From positions 1 through 27,306 of the IMG/VR virus record IMGVR_UViG_3300011264_000025: a stretch of 27,306 bases of DNA; one strand, written 5' to 3'. Position numbers and translations under genes: made by a program. The stretch is from a virus. Its lineage: Duplodnaviria > Caudoviricetes. Shown here piece by piece: positions 8,454 through 17,600 of this stretch; position 1 is the stretch's first letter, and every line of letters begins with the position of its first letter. Below the pieces are notes generated by a model. It saw only the letters and a program-made list of their open reading frames with translations, did no database searches and had not been told where the DNA came from.

Positions 8454-10808
8454 TTAAATTCTATTTGTACCATATCCGCCTCTAAACTCAGTTTGACGAG
8501 CTAAAGTCGCAGACATCAACTGTCCATCAATATAAATACCAATCTTTCCAGACATAAGATTGTCATTTAGAGTTTTTATAGCATTCAAAATGCCTTGCAA
8601 TGTCTTTGTATCGCTTTCTGCTTGAGCCGCAGCAGCCTTTGCAATTTCTTGGTCTGGTTCTTTATCTTTAGCACCCGGAACCTTAGCCGGAGTAGTTGTA
8701 ATCGTTCCATCTCTATTAGCGACGGCTTTAGTTTCATTTTCAACAGATTTTCCAATAAGTCCACCTGCTCCTCCTCTAAGTTTATCTGAAAACTTTCCAA
8801 GTCCCGGTATTTTATCAAAAATCCAAGCCATTGCATGTCGAAATGGATAGGTTAAGGCATCAAAAATCATTGTTTGAACCGATATTATTCCTTTTACTAC
8901 TGCAAGTCCGAATGCCGACGGAGAATGTCCTGCTAATCCAAGTTTGTTGAATAACCAATCTTTAACCCATTTAAGTTTTTCAACAATCCAATCAAATCCC
9001 GGAATTATTCCTCTCAATGCACCCAAAACTGCACCTTTGAATTTATCAGCAAATGTGCCTGTTGAAGATGTCCATCCATCTATTGCTCCTTTTATGGCTT
9101 GAAATGCAGTAATTATCCATCCAATTGGTCCCAAAATTTTAAGAATTGGAGATATAAATTTCAACATTGGACCTGCAAATTTCGATATGATACCAAAAAT
9201 AGATGAAAACTTACTTCCAATTCCTACAACAAAAGAACCAATTTTTGCAAATATCCCACCCATACTTTCCAATTTTGCACCAAATACCAACACCTTATCT
9301 GTTAAAGAAATGAATGATAAATCTATCTTTCCTACGAATGAAGATATTGCCATCAATTGAGGTAATGCTGGCATTAAAAACTCAACAAATTTCAGAACAT
9401 TGTCTATTAATGGAAGAAATGTATATGATACTTGAGCAACTATTTGTTGCCACTTTTGACTAATTGCGGTTAATCGTTCCTGATTGGATTTTTGTAAAAC
9501 CATCATTTCAAGTTGTCGTCCTTGATCATTTAAGACCGCATCATTTGCTGCCTTCATTTTTTCATAATTTCCAACACGGGCACGCATTTTCGGGTCTTGT
9601 GAATTTTTTGCTTTATTCCATTGCTCTTCTGCCTGAACCATATTAAGCAATTCATCTACACTCTTACCAGTAGCTCTAGCAAATGCTTCCTGTTGGAAAA
9701 CATCCATTCCATGGGCAAAATTATTTTCCTTTGCCAACTTAAGAATTTCTTTTGTCGAACCAGCAATGTCTCTGTGATATGCTAATTCTCTTGATTTTTG
9801 TAAATTTATAGAATGACCCAACAAAACAGACGCTTCCATTTCAGCGTTGATGTTGTCTGTAAAATTAAGAATTTCACGACTTGATTTGGATGCTCTTTCC
9901 AGATCAGTTCCCATCTTTCTTAATTCGACTGCGGCTCTAATAACTTGCGAAGGAATTCGTGACATCATTGTCAATGTTGTATTTGACCTTGATGCAATGT
10001 CTTTCATTACCGCTGCCAATGGAACCCCCGCTGCGTTTGACAAATGTCCTGCCATGTAAGCCATGTCTTTTTGGGCTTCCATAGAACTACCCGCAATTGC
10101 CGCCATATTTCTCAAAAATCCGGTGGATGCTTCTTCAGCAACTCCCAATTGAGCTTTCAAAATAGAAGTGGTTTTTACAAGTTCGGCGGATACAGCATGA
10201 ACACTCCCCATTTCCTTACCAAGTGTCAGAAGTGAATTATATGCACCATCAATATTAACCCCAACATTCATGAAATCTACTGCAATTTTTTCCGACATTT
10301 CACGCAAATCTTTGGACGCATCCCTAGTCATCCCCATCGTTTTTCTAAAATTGGATGCTGACTTGTCCATTGTTTTAAACAAATCTACAGCATTACTTAA
10401 AAAGAACAAAAACACTCCCAATCCCGAACGATTTATCTTTCCAAGCAATTCTGCCTCTTTCTCCCATGCTAGTTTTCTTTGCAACATACCTTCCAAAGAA
10501 ACCTTTGCCTCCGATCTTAATGCATCATCTGTCATTGTTCTGGCTTTTTCTTGAAGTGCATAAATCTCTTTTTCCAAGTTCTTCAATCCTTTCTTGAGAT
10601 TTATTTCACGACTTACTCTATCCATTACTCCCATCTTAACGGATTTTGTAACGTTAAGCATTTTATTCAACGCATCATTTTGCTCTTCATAATTTTTGGT
10701 TATTTTGCGTTGAATATCGTTGACATCCAACCATGCGGCGGCGACATCTTGGATGTCTTTTTTTGAGCTTACAGCGGCTTTGATTTCACTGGAATAATTG
10801 TCTGCCAT
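8454..10808 (-). CDS. Tail tape measure protein
   Basis: 784 aa, Ala/Lys-rich and helical, with a hydrophobic Gly/Phe/Trp-periodic segment (PIGWIITAFQAIKG) and C-terminal IYIDGQLMS. Lies between the chaperone and baseplate genes. Confidence 0.8.
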   Translation of the reverse strand: MADNYSSEIKAAVSSKKDIQDVAAAWLDVNDIQRKITKNYEEQNDALNKMLNVTKSVKMGVMDRVSREINLKKGLKNLEKEIYALQEKARTMTDDALRSEAKVSLEGMLQRKLAWEKEAELLGKINRSGLGVFLFFLSNAVDLFKTMDKSASNFRKTMGMTRDASKDLREMSEKIAVDFMNVGVNIDGAYNSLLTLGKEMGSVHAVSAELVKTTSILKAQLGVAEEASTGFLRNMAAIAGSSMEAQKDMAYMAGHLSNAAGVPLAAVMKDIASRSNTTLTMMSRIPSQVIRAAVELRKMGTDLERASKSSREILNFTDNINAEMEASVLLGHSINLQKSRELAYHRDIAGSTKEILKLAKENNFAHGMDVFQQEAFARATGKSVDELLNMVQAEEQWNKAKNSQDPKMRARVGNYEKMKAANDAVLNDQGRQLEMMVLQKSNQERLTAISQKWQQIVAQVSYTFLPLIDNVLKFVEFLMPALPQLMAISSFVGKIDLSFISLTDKVLVFGAKLESMGGIFAKIGSFVVGIGSKFSSIFGIISKFAGPMLKFISPILKILGPIGWIITAFQAIKGAIDGWTSSTGTFADKFKGAVLGALRGIIPGFDWIVEKLKWVKDWLFNKLGLAGHSPSAFGLAVVKGIISVQTMIFDALTYPFRHAMAWIFDKIPGLGKFSDKLRGGAGGLIGKSVENETKAVANRDGTITTTPAKVPGAKDKEPDQEIAKAAAAQAESDTKTLQGILNAIKTLNDNLMSGKIGIYIDGQLMSATLARQTEFRGGYGTNRI

Positions 10809-10812
10809 ACCT

Positions 10813-10820
10813 TATAAATA
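10813..10820 (-). promoter_or_regulatory. TATTTATA motif upstream of the tape measure gene
   Basis: Minus strand reads TATTTATA-aggt-ATG. Confidence 0.6.
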
Positions 10821-10847
10821 GTCCTTAACCGTGGTTTTATTTTTCCA

Positions 10848-10875
10848 TTGACTTTTATAAAAAGTCGAGTATGAT
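10848..10875 (+). promoter_or_regulatory. Sigma70-like promoter with overlapping palindrome, probably giving a leaderless mRNA
   Basis: TTGACT (10848-53), 16 nt, TATGAT (10870-75), 7 nt, ATG (10883). The inverted repeat GACTTTT-ata-AAAAGTC spans 10850-10866. Confidence 0.55.
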
Positions 10876-10882
10876 AGATCAC

Positions 10883-11188
10883 ATGAAAACTGATAGATCC
10901 ATTCTCGGAACCATACTAAGCATAGTAGGAGAATTGACGTTAGATATTCTTGTAATGTCTATTCTAACTTGTTTTTTGGGTCTATTATTCGCACCTGTGA
11001 TGGAACCAATCCTTTTGAAGGGTCTAAAGGAGAAGACACATGGAACTTGGACGCATCCACTAACCGTAGAAGAAATGAACAGGGCCGAACGAAATGTGAA
11101 CTTCGGAAGAATTTTTTTGTGGATAATTGCTATCCTTTCATGGACGGTTTTAATCACAACCAGAATTAACGGATATAGTCGTTCATGA
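10883..11188 (+). CDS. Small membrane protein on the opposite strand (moron-like insertion)
   Basis: Hydrophobic segments ILGTILSIVGELTLDILVMSILTCFLGLLFAPV and IFLWIIAILSWTVLIT. It has its own promoter and fills the gap between the chaperone and tape measure genes. The track start (10871) lies inside the -10 box. Confidence 0.7.
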   Translation: MKTDRSILGTILSIVGELTLDILVMSILTCFLGLLFAPVMEPILLKGLKEKTHGTWTHPLTVEEMNRAERNVNFGRIFLWIIAILSWTVLITTRINGYSRS

Positions 11189-11233
11189 TCTGCCTTCAAA
11201 GAAGTGGAAGTTATGGGAAGTTTGATTAAATAA

Positions 11234-11476
11234 TCAACGCTTCTCAACCGATGGACCTCGGGCAAAAGAAGGAGTGTTCGCCTTCGCTTCCGAACGCATT
11301 TTTTCTGCTTCGTAACGAGCCTTTTCTTTTTCCTTGTCCTTAATCAGTTTTCGGACATAAAAAGTTCGTAGTTGAATTGGCATGGTATACCAATCATCGT
11401 GGGTAAATCCTCCATATGCCATCCCCAAGTCCCCAATCAAATCATGCAGCCTGATTTTGTACTCATCCGTTAGGCC
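11234..11476 (-). CDS. Downstream chaperone segment (gpT / T4 gp51-like), probably reached by frameshift from the upstream gene
   Basis: The frame opens at the T7 run and reads GLTDEYKIRLHDLIGDLGMAYGGFTHDDWYTMPIQLRTFYVRKL. The track start at 11440 is a TTG with no clear Shine-Dalgarno sequence. Confidence 0.7.
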   Translation of the reverse strand, partial: GLTDEYKIRLHDLIGDLGMAYGGFTHDDWYTMPIQLRTFYVRKLIKDKEKEKARYEAEKMRSEAKANTPSFARGPSVEKR

Positions 11477-12290
11477 AAAAAAAGGTTACGCCCATAGGCG
11501 TATCCTCCTTTCTTTCCAATCCACAATGAGCACAAGTAAAATCAAATTTAGTATCAATATCTGGCATGAATTCTGAAATGTATTTACGAAATGCAAAACT
11601 GTCCTTAGAAAGAAATTCTTCATTGACAAATTTACGAATTCTAGCTTTTTCAGTAACTCCATCCACACTTGTAATAAGATAAAAAAATCTAGTAGTAATT
11701 TCTTTACTAACTTCTTTACTTATCTTTTCCAATCCCTTCAACTCTTGTTCAATTGCAGTTTCATCTTTTTTAGTTGGAAGTTTAAATGTAATTACAACTT
11801 TAGAAGTTGGAAGAGTATAACTAAAATTATTTTCTCCCTTTGGAAACTTTTCAAAATCAAATGGTCTATTATCCATTTTACCAAGGTCGATGGTTATATC
11901 GTTCTCTTTACCACATCTACCACAAGTAATTTTTGCATCGTATTGATCACCATATGCCAATCTACGAATTGCAAAAAATGCAGCATTTCTATCACAAATT
12001 AACATTTCATCCAACTTAATACTTTTATCAACTACTACAGACTCTAATAGCTTATCTAATACTAGATTTTTTTGTATTAAATTTCGAGAAGTTAAAATAT
12101 CTTCTTCTTTAGCAGTCATTTGCTTAAGTTCTAAATTTCCACTTGCTAGAGGATTATCTTCAGCATAAAACCATCCTCGACTAGGAAGACTAATAATCTC
12201 GGTGGGAAATTTGCTTTCTCCAATTTTTTGAACAGGAGATACTGATTGACCTACATTTGGTCTTGTAATAGGAATAATTTGGTCTGACAT
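11463..12290 (-). CDS. Tail assembly chaperone / baseplate hub assembly protein (T4 gp26-like)
   Basis: FPTEIISLPSRG, LKQMTAKEEDIL, DRNAAFFAIRRLAYG, CGRC and CAHC Zn motifs, C-terminal FFWP. Likely start MSDQ at 12290; the track start is 12332. Confidence 0.75.
   Translation of the reverse strand: MSDQIIPITRPNVGQSVSPVQKIGESKFPTEIISLPSRGWFYAEDNPLASGNLELKQMTAKEEDILTSRNLIQKNLVLDKLLESVVVDKSIKLDEMLICDRNAAFFAIRRLAYGDQYDAKITCGRCGKENDITIDLGKMDNRPFDFEKFPKGENNFSYTLPTSKVVITFKLPTKKDETAIEQELKGLEKISKEVSKEITTRFFYLITSVDGVTEKARIRKFVNEEFLSKDSFAFRKYISEFMPDIDTKFDFTCAHCGLERKEDTPMGVTFFWPNG
11477..11483 (-). other. Candidate programmed ribosomal frameshift site ACC-TTT-TTT-TGG (+1 or -2)
   Basis: A7 on the plus strand. 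The zero frame stops at 11465-11463, and the +1 frame opens after a TAA at 11488-11486. Confidence 0.7.
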
Positions 12291-12350
12291 AAACGATCTA
12301 TAATTGTTACCTTTGAAAATACATAGTAACAACTATGATTTTTTGAATTA

Positions 12351-12713
12351 TTATAAATTGGCTCCTTTTAGACGTTGAATATCTTTATTGATATTTGGAA
12401 TATCAAATCGACGTTGCTGATCTAATTTCTTTTTATTAAAATCCATTTCTTTCTTTTTTGCTTCTAACTCATTCTGTTTTTGTTGAAGTTGTTTACGATT
12501 ATCGCGTTCAGCTTCACGTTCCATTCTAGCTTTTTCTACAGATGAAAGATTGTCTTCAGGGGGTATTGAAGTATCCAAATTTGGATTTGCATCGGAAATT
12601 TTTTTCAAGTCAGATGATGATAATGAAGTCACATCATATTCTTTAATAATTTCTTTAACAATTCCTCGAATTAATGCTTCGAGCTGAGTTCTTTTTATTT
12701 GAGAGTCATTCAT
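12351..12713 (-). CDS. Hypothetical coiled-coil protein, possibly head-associated
   Basis: N-terminal QLEALIRGIVKEIIKE and a charged C-terminal coiled coil. Confidence 0.6.
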   Translation of the reverse strand: MNDSQIKRTQLEALIRGIVKEIIKEYDVTSLSSSDLKKISDANPNLDTSIPPEDNLSSVEKARMEREAERDNRKQLQQKQNELEAKKKEMDFNKKKLDQQRRFDIPNINKDIQRLKGANL

Positions 12714-12715
12714 GA

Positions 12716-13387
12716 TTATTTGTCATTAAACATTTGTTCAGCAATTGTCTTAATAGTACGTCTTAAATCTTCATCAATTGATTGTGGTACTACATAACCT
12801 TTATTACTCAATTGTTGAGCAAATTCATCACTAGATGCTTGAAGTGGATTAAAAGTATTTGAAGAAAAGGTAGATGCTGATGCAATATCTGTAACAGGAA
12901 TACTAGAGTCCTTTGCCACTTGTAAACTTTTATCTGCCATAAGAAAAAGTTCTTCGGCATTTGGGTCGTGTTTTCCAATATAAAGGTATGCAACAGAACT
13001 CGGATTTTTAATAACATCCTTGACTAGTCTTATTGTTGAAATAGAGGTTTTTACTTTTCCTCCAGCAATTTTAGAAGCAATGTTATGTAATTGACGTTCA
13101 AGTCCAGCATCATCTTGAGATTTTATATCTATCTTTTGCAATTTAGATTTATCTTTAGGATTTATTAAAATAATTCCTTTTAATTCAGGAGATGGGGGAG
13201 CATCTGGAATTTCTTTTGATGTTTCTGCTGGCTCTTTCGGAATTGATGGTTGATCAGCCGTTCCTTGTCCATCTGACGGGGGTGCGGATGCTCCTTTTGT
13301 TTCCTCTTCTTCATTCAGAGTTTGTATCTGTTTCAATACTTCTTGAGCACAAGCACGAACAATATATTCCAAAAGCTCTTGTTTCAT
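12716..13387 (-). CDS. Hypothetical protein, possibly head-associated
   Basis: N-terminal helix ending TLNEEE, a Pro/acidic linker, C-terminal IDEDLRRTIKTIAE. TATTTATA lies upstream. Confidence 0.6.
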   Translation of the reverse strand: MKQELLEYIVRACAQEVLKQIQTLNEEEETKGASAPPSDGQGTADQPSIPKEPAETSKEIPDAPPSPELKGIILINPKDKSKLQKIDIKSQDDAGLERQLHNIASKIAGGKVKTSISTIRLVKDVIKNPSSVAYLYIGKHDPNAEELFLMADKSLQVAKDSSIPVTDIASASTFSSNTFNPLQASSDEFAQQLSNKGYVVPQSIDEDLRRTIKTIAEQMFNDK

Positions 13388-13398
13388 AATTTCTAACT

Positions 13399-13406
13399 TA
13401 TAAATA
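13399..13406 (-). promoter_or_regulatory. TATTTATA motif
   Basis: 11 nt upstream of the ATG at 13387, just after the tube-gene terminator. Confidence 0.6.
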
Positions 13407-13433
13407 TAATCTTACCAAGAACAAACACATAAT

Positions 13434-13460
13434 AAAAAACCCCGCCATTGGCGGGGTTTT
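13434..13460 (-). terminator. Rho-independent terminator after the tail tube gene (possibly bidirectional)
   Basis: AAAAAACCCCGCC-att-GGCGGGGTTTT: a GC stem with U tracts on both strands. Confidence 0.85.
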
Positions 13461-13474
13461 AAACAAGGAGTAAA

Positions 13475-13966
13475 TTAATATTGTAAAATTGCGTAGTCGT
13501 AGGAAAGCTGTAACGTTATAATAGCAGGATCTCCACTATCAGTCCAATTCAATTCACCACCATCAAAGGATGTAGGAAATGCTCCTTTAAGAGTCCATTC
13601 TTCAACTTTATCACCCACTGGTCCGAGAACATTAATGGTGACTTCTTTTTTATAAAAATCTTGGTATCCATCACGACCAGTAACAGACTCGTGAGACAGA
13701 CGGAACCATTCAAATACTGTTTGGGCACCTGAAGGTACTACTGGGTCATACAATTCTAAAGTAATTTGATCCCAAACAGTCTTACCTTTATAAAAGAATT
13801 GTAAGTTGATATAATCAATTGTCTTACGTTCTTGGGTCCACTTTGGACGATCAGTCTTGCGAATGAGGTAGGTTGGAATGCCATCTATATACATCAGAAA
13901 GCGATTTTTCGTCTTCGGTTCCCAAATCGTATAGAACATTTCATTATTTGTTAAAAGGTCTGCCAT
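13475..13966 (-). CDS. Tail tube protein (T4 gp19-like)
   Basis: EPKTKNRFLMYIDG, YKGKTVWDQITLELYD, VEEWTLKGAFPTSFDGGELNW, ITLQLSYDY. AAGGA Shine-Dalgarno. Confidence 0.92.
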   Translation of the reverse strand: MADLLTNNEMFYTIWEPKTKNRFLMYIDGIPTYLIRKTDRPKWTQERKTIDYINLQFFYKGKTVWDQITLELYDPVVPSGAQTVFEWFRLSHESVTGRDGYQDFYKKEVTINVLGPVGDKVEEWTLKGAFPTSFDGGELNWTDSGDPAIITLQLSYDYAILQY

Positions 13967-13993
13967 AGGTAAATCCTTGTTATCGGTCTAAGT

Positions 13994-14001
13994 TATAAAT
14001 A
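13994..14001 (-). promoter_or_regulatory. TATTTATA motif upstream of the tube gene
   Basis: 27 nt upstream of the ATG at 13966, in the intergenic gap. Confidence 0.6.
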
Positions 14002-14020
14002 TATGTCTGTTGAGAAAAAA

Positions 14021-14692
14021 CTACGCATATTCTTCTATTGCTGCTAAAGCATTTAATTTTTCTTCAATATCAAAATTTTGTCCATCAACCCATATGATAT
14101 TTACCATATTATTTAATTTTTTCATACCATTAGGTAAGAATGCTATTTCAGTTTCATCGTTATGAGTAGGAGGATTGTTCTGCTCAATATGTTTCCAAAC
14201 ATAATCAAATGTAAACGCATCTACTCCTAATGAAGATAAATACCCATATGGAAGATAATATTCATATCTTCCGCGTCTTTGTCTAGGGACCGAAAATTCA
14301 TTACAAAATTCTAAAAATGAAGGTTCATTTACATTAATTTCCATTCCAGATCCGGGTAATTCTATCATTAATTTATGAAGAATGTCATCCAATACAACAA
14401 CTGATATTTTACGTAAATCAAATTCCAATCCAGTTTTTCCATCTCCTTCTGAAAATAAAGTAAGGACTTGAGAATTAATAGAAGTACTAAATGTATCATA
14501 TTCAGCAATTTCTCCATGTTGAGTCCCCCAAATTCCATTGGTAATAATAGATTTAAGTCCCTCCATAGGAGTTCCATGATATAGAGTTCCGTTAAAAATA
14601 CGAACTTTATTTTTAAGAATATACAAATTAAGAGATTTATCTGGTTGATCAGAATTTTGTATCTCGTTTAGTATTGTCTTTAACTTTATCAT
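14021..14692 (-). CDS. Putative ADP-ribosyltransferase with a short N-terminal leader
   Basis: LYHGT...GLKSIITNG, FSTS and DETEI correspond to the three ART strand motifs. The N-terminus is MIKLKTILNE. Confidence 0.65.
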   Translation of the reverse strand: MIKLKTILNEIQNSDQPDKSLNLYILKNKVRIFNGTLYHGTPMEGLKSIITNGIWGTQHGEIAEYDTFSTSINSQVLTLFSEGDGKTGLEFDLRKISVVVLDDILHKLMIELPGSGMEINVNEPSFLEFCNEFSVPRQRRGRYEYYLPYGYLSSLGVDAFTFDYVWKHIEQNNPPTHNDETEIAFLPNGMKKLNNMVNIIWVDGQNFDIEEKLNALAAIEEYA

Positions 14693-17600
14693 GCAGTTTG
14701 TTTCACAACTTTATGATAAGCATTAATTGCTCCTTTTAAAGTTGGTTTCACTTGATAACATCGGTGTGTATTTGTTACATACCATGTTTTTCCTTTAATT
14801 ATTGATTTCCAAACTGCCGGAGAAGGTTCTCCATTTGGTCCATGATGCCAAGTAGCATCCGCATCCATAACCATTTTTCTCTCATCATCAGTCAATTGGT
14901 GTCTATTTTTCTTCAAAGTTTTAAGTTCCGGAGCCTCCATTAAAAGCTGTTCTAGTAAATTATCTATAAATTCTTCATCTTCTTTCATTAACGGAGTCTT
15001 ACGGGTTCCCCATTTAATTCTCCAACGCTCTCCCGTATTATGAAGAGGATCTTTTTCTGGATTGTGACCATACCCATATCCTTCATTCAACTTAGCAAAA
15101 AACGAATGAATATCATTTTCCGGGTCATATTTTATAATGAAGTTTTTATATTCAAATTCATCTCCATGAAGTTCTACTTGTCTGGCAAATTCAGATACAC
15201 TCCCAAAAATAGAAATGACTAATTCTTCATCTCTACAATCTCCAACATAATTAAATGGAAATTTTTGTATTTCCGAAACATCATTTTGGTCAACAATTTT
15301 AACTTGATCAGAAGAAAAAACTGCGTATGTCAATGGAGTTGTAGGAGACTCTTGCATTATAATAGCATCATACCCTTGGTCTTTTATCCAATCTATAGCA
15401 TAATTTTCTATTATGCCCCACTGACCCTCTGCCACACTCTTTCTAAGTGTAGACTCATTATGTCCTGTTATATTCAATGTTTTTAGATACTCTACGAGGT
15501 CATCTACATGTTTATGATTTCTAAAGTCCCATGGATTTTTTATAGATAAAAACGCAGTAATTGTGCGTGGATTAAATTTTTGATGAACATAAGGTCTATC
15601 TATAGAAAAATAGATAAGTCCATTTTTTGAAGCAGGAGTTCCATCAAATCGTTTCTTAGCTTTTGGTATAAATTTTGAAAACTTTTCCTTGGACAATGTA
15701 TTATGAAATACTGGTCCAACATTGAAGTGATCATTTGAAGCTCCTTCTTCAGTCAATGTGTCCGTTTTCAATTTTGCCCAATCTCCAACAATATCTTCAT
15801 CCCAATACATGATATGGTCTATTTGCTTACCTCTAAAGAAAGGATGTGATTTAATGTATCTTGCGACTTTTGGATTGTGGTTCCAATGAGTTCCCTTGGT
15901 GGCATCCGTAACCAAAATGTCAAATCTATTTGGATTGGTGTTGTCTGGAATAAGTAATAGCGGCAATGAATTAGATAATTTCATCTGTGTCATTACTGTT
16001 TTATGTAATGCTTTTTCACGGTTCCAAACATAAATGTCTCTACCATCCAAAATTGCTCCAACTTCATAATTAGGCTTACTTTCCTTAAATTCTTTGGTGG
16101 ATGGATTTTTAAATACCTCTACATAATTCGTTTTGCCTCCAACAGTAGTTTCAAATGAATGTACGAATGTTTCTGTAATAGGTGCATTAATATATGCGAG
16201 TCTACGCTTAATTTCATTATCAATTACTGTATATTGAGCAAGTAATTGTGAAATATCTTGTTCTTTCTTATATTTCTGTGCATATTGATAGGCTCTGTTT
16301 ATTTTATCCCGCATTGCCTTTAAGTTATCCAATGTCATCTTGGACAGTTTAGGAGTCCAATCATCATTCCATTGATTACGAGATTGAGGATGTCTAGCAC
16401 GTAAATCTTTCTGAGTTACCTCATCAACATCATGTTGATCATAAATAGATGTATGATTTTTAACCGGATAACCTCGTCGTTCAAGATATGAATTTACAAG
16501 GTCAATTTGTTCTTTATCTGGTCTTGCACAATCTGACCATTCTATAGTACCATTCAAATATCTAAAACGTCTACGTCCAAATGGATTTCCATTCATTCCA
16601 TGTGATTGATTTGAAAATATATCACGAGGAAATTCTTTAAATTGGACATCATCGTTTGCTCCAATAGCTCCCAACCCAAATCGTGCTCCTATTGGATAAA
16701 CACCTTCATTCATTGTAGATGAATTTGTATGTTTTATACCTTGGTCATCATGAACTTCATCTACCCATTTGTTAGCAAGTGAATGTTTCCAAAAATTATA
16801 TGAACTATCACCCGGGTAGCCAATGTCTGTAACGGCTATATACCCATATTGTCTCTTCAAATATAACAATGCTTGTTTCGCATTCCCTTTTTTAGAATTT
16901 CGAGAAGTAAAAGAATAAATAGTAAACGAACCTTCCCCCGGTTGACCTTCTACATAACAATCGAATATTACAAATTTTTGAAATTCGTGATTATTATCAT
17001 TTTCCTTAACCAAATGAGCTTTATTCAAATATTCCTTTTCATCGAATTCAGTAACCGTCATTTCTTTATCATAGGTAGCAATAATTGCGTCTTTTAACGC
17101 TTTTACAAGTCCTTTAGCTCTCAAAATTTTGTAAACAATGTTTTCTACACTTAATTCTCCACCATTATCCAATCCATACTGACGAAAAGCATCCAAATAA
17201 TCTTTGGCCTTTTTCATCTGTTCTTGATTTTTTGTTTTTATAGCATCTTCGACATATTTTTTCATTCCAGAAAATTTAGTTTGAATAGCAAGTTTATCCA
17301 AATTCACATTTAATTTTGACGGGTGTCGTAACCATTTGTCTGTTATTAATGAATAAATTCCTTGAACATATGGCTTTTCTGCCTTAACACTCTGAATATT
17401 AACTTCTACTTTATGTCCTTTTACAGTAATGTTGTGTTCTTTATTCCATTGTGCCCCCGCATTTTTTGCGACTTTAGATGCTGTTTCCGGTGGCATTTTC
17501 ATTTGGGAAAAATCAATAATGACATGGACATCAGCATCACTATCCGGAGTCCAATTAAAATTTGCTATAGACCCCATTAACCAAACGTCAACTATAGGTG

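Noticed and set aside
10879-11265. 128-aa minus-strand ORF between chaperone and tape measure
   Set aside because: Antisense shadow of the plus-strand membrane protein, which has a promoter and clear TM segments. It has no motifs and overlaps the upstream ORF.
11234-12290. Apparent GC step within the chaperone locus (27/60 GC at 11281-11340 vs 15/60 at 11761-11820)
   Set aside because: Based on single 60-nt lines and confounded by amino-acid composition. It needs a sliding-window GC3 computation before suggesting recombination.
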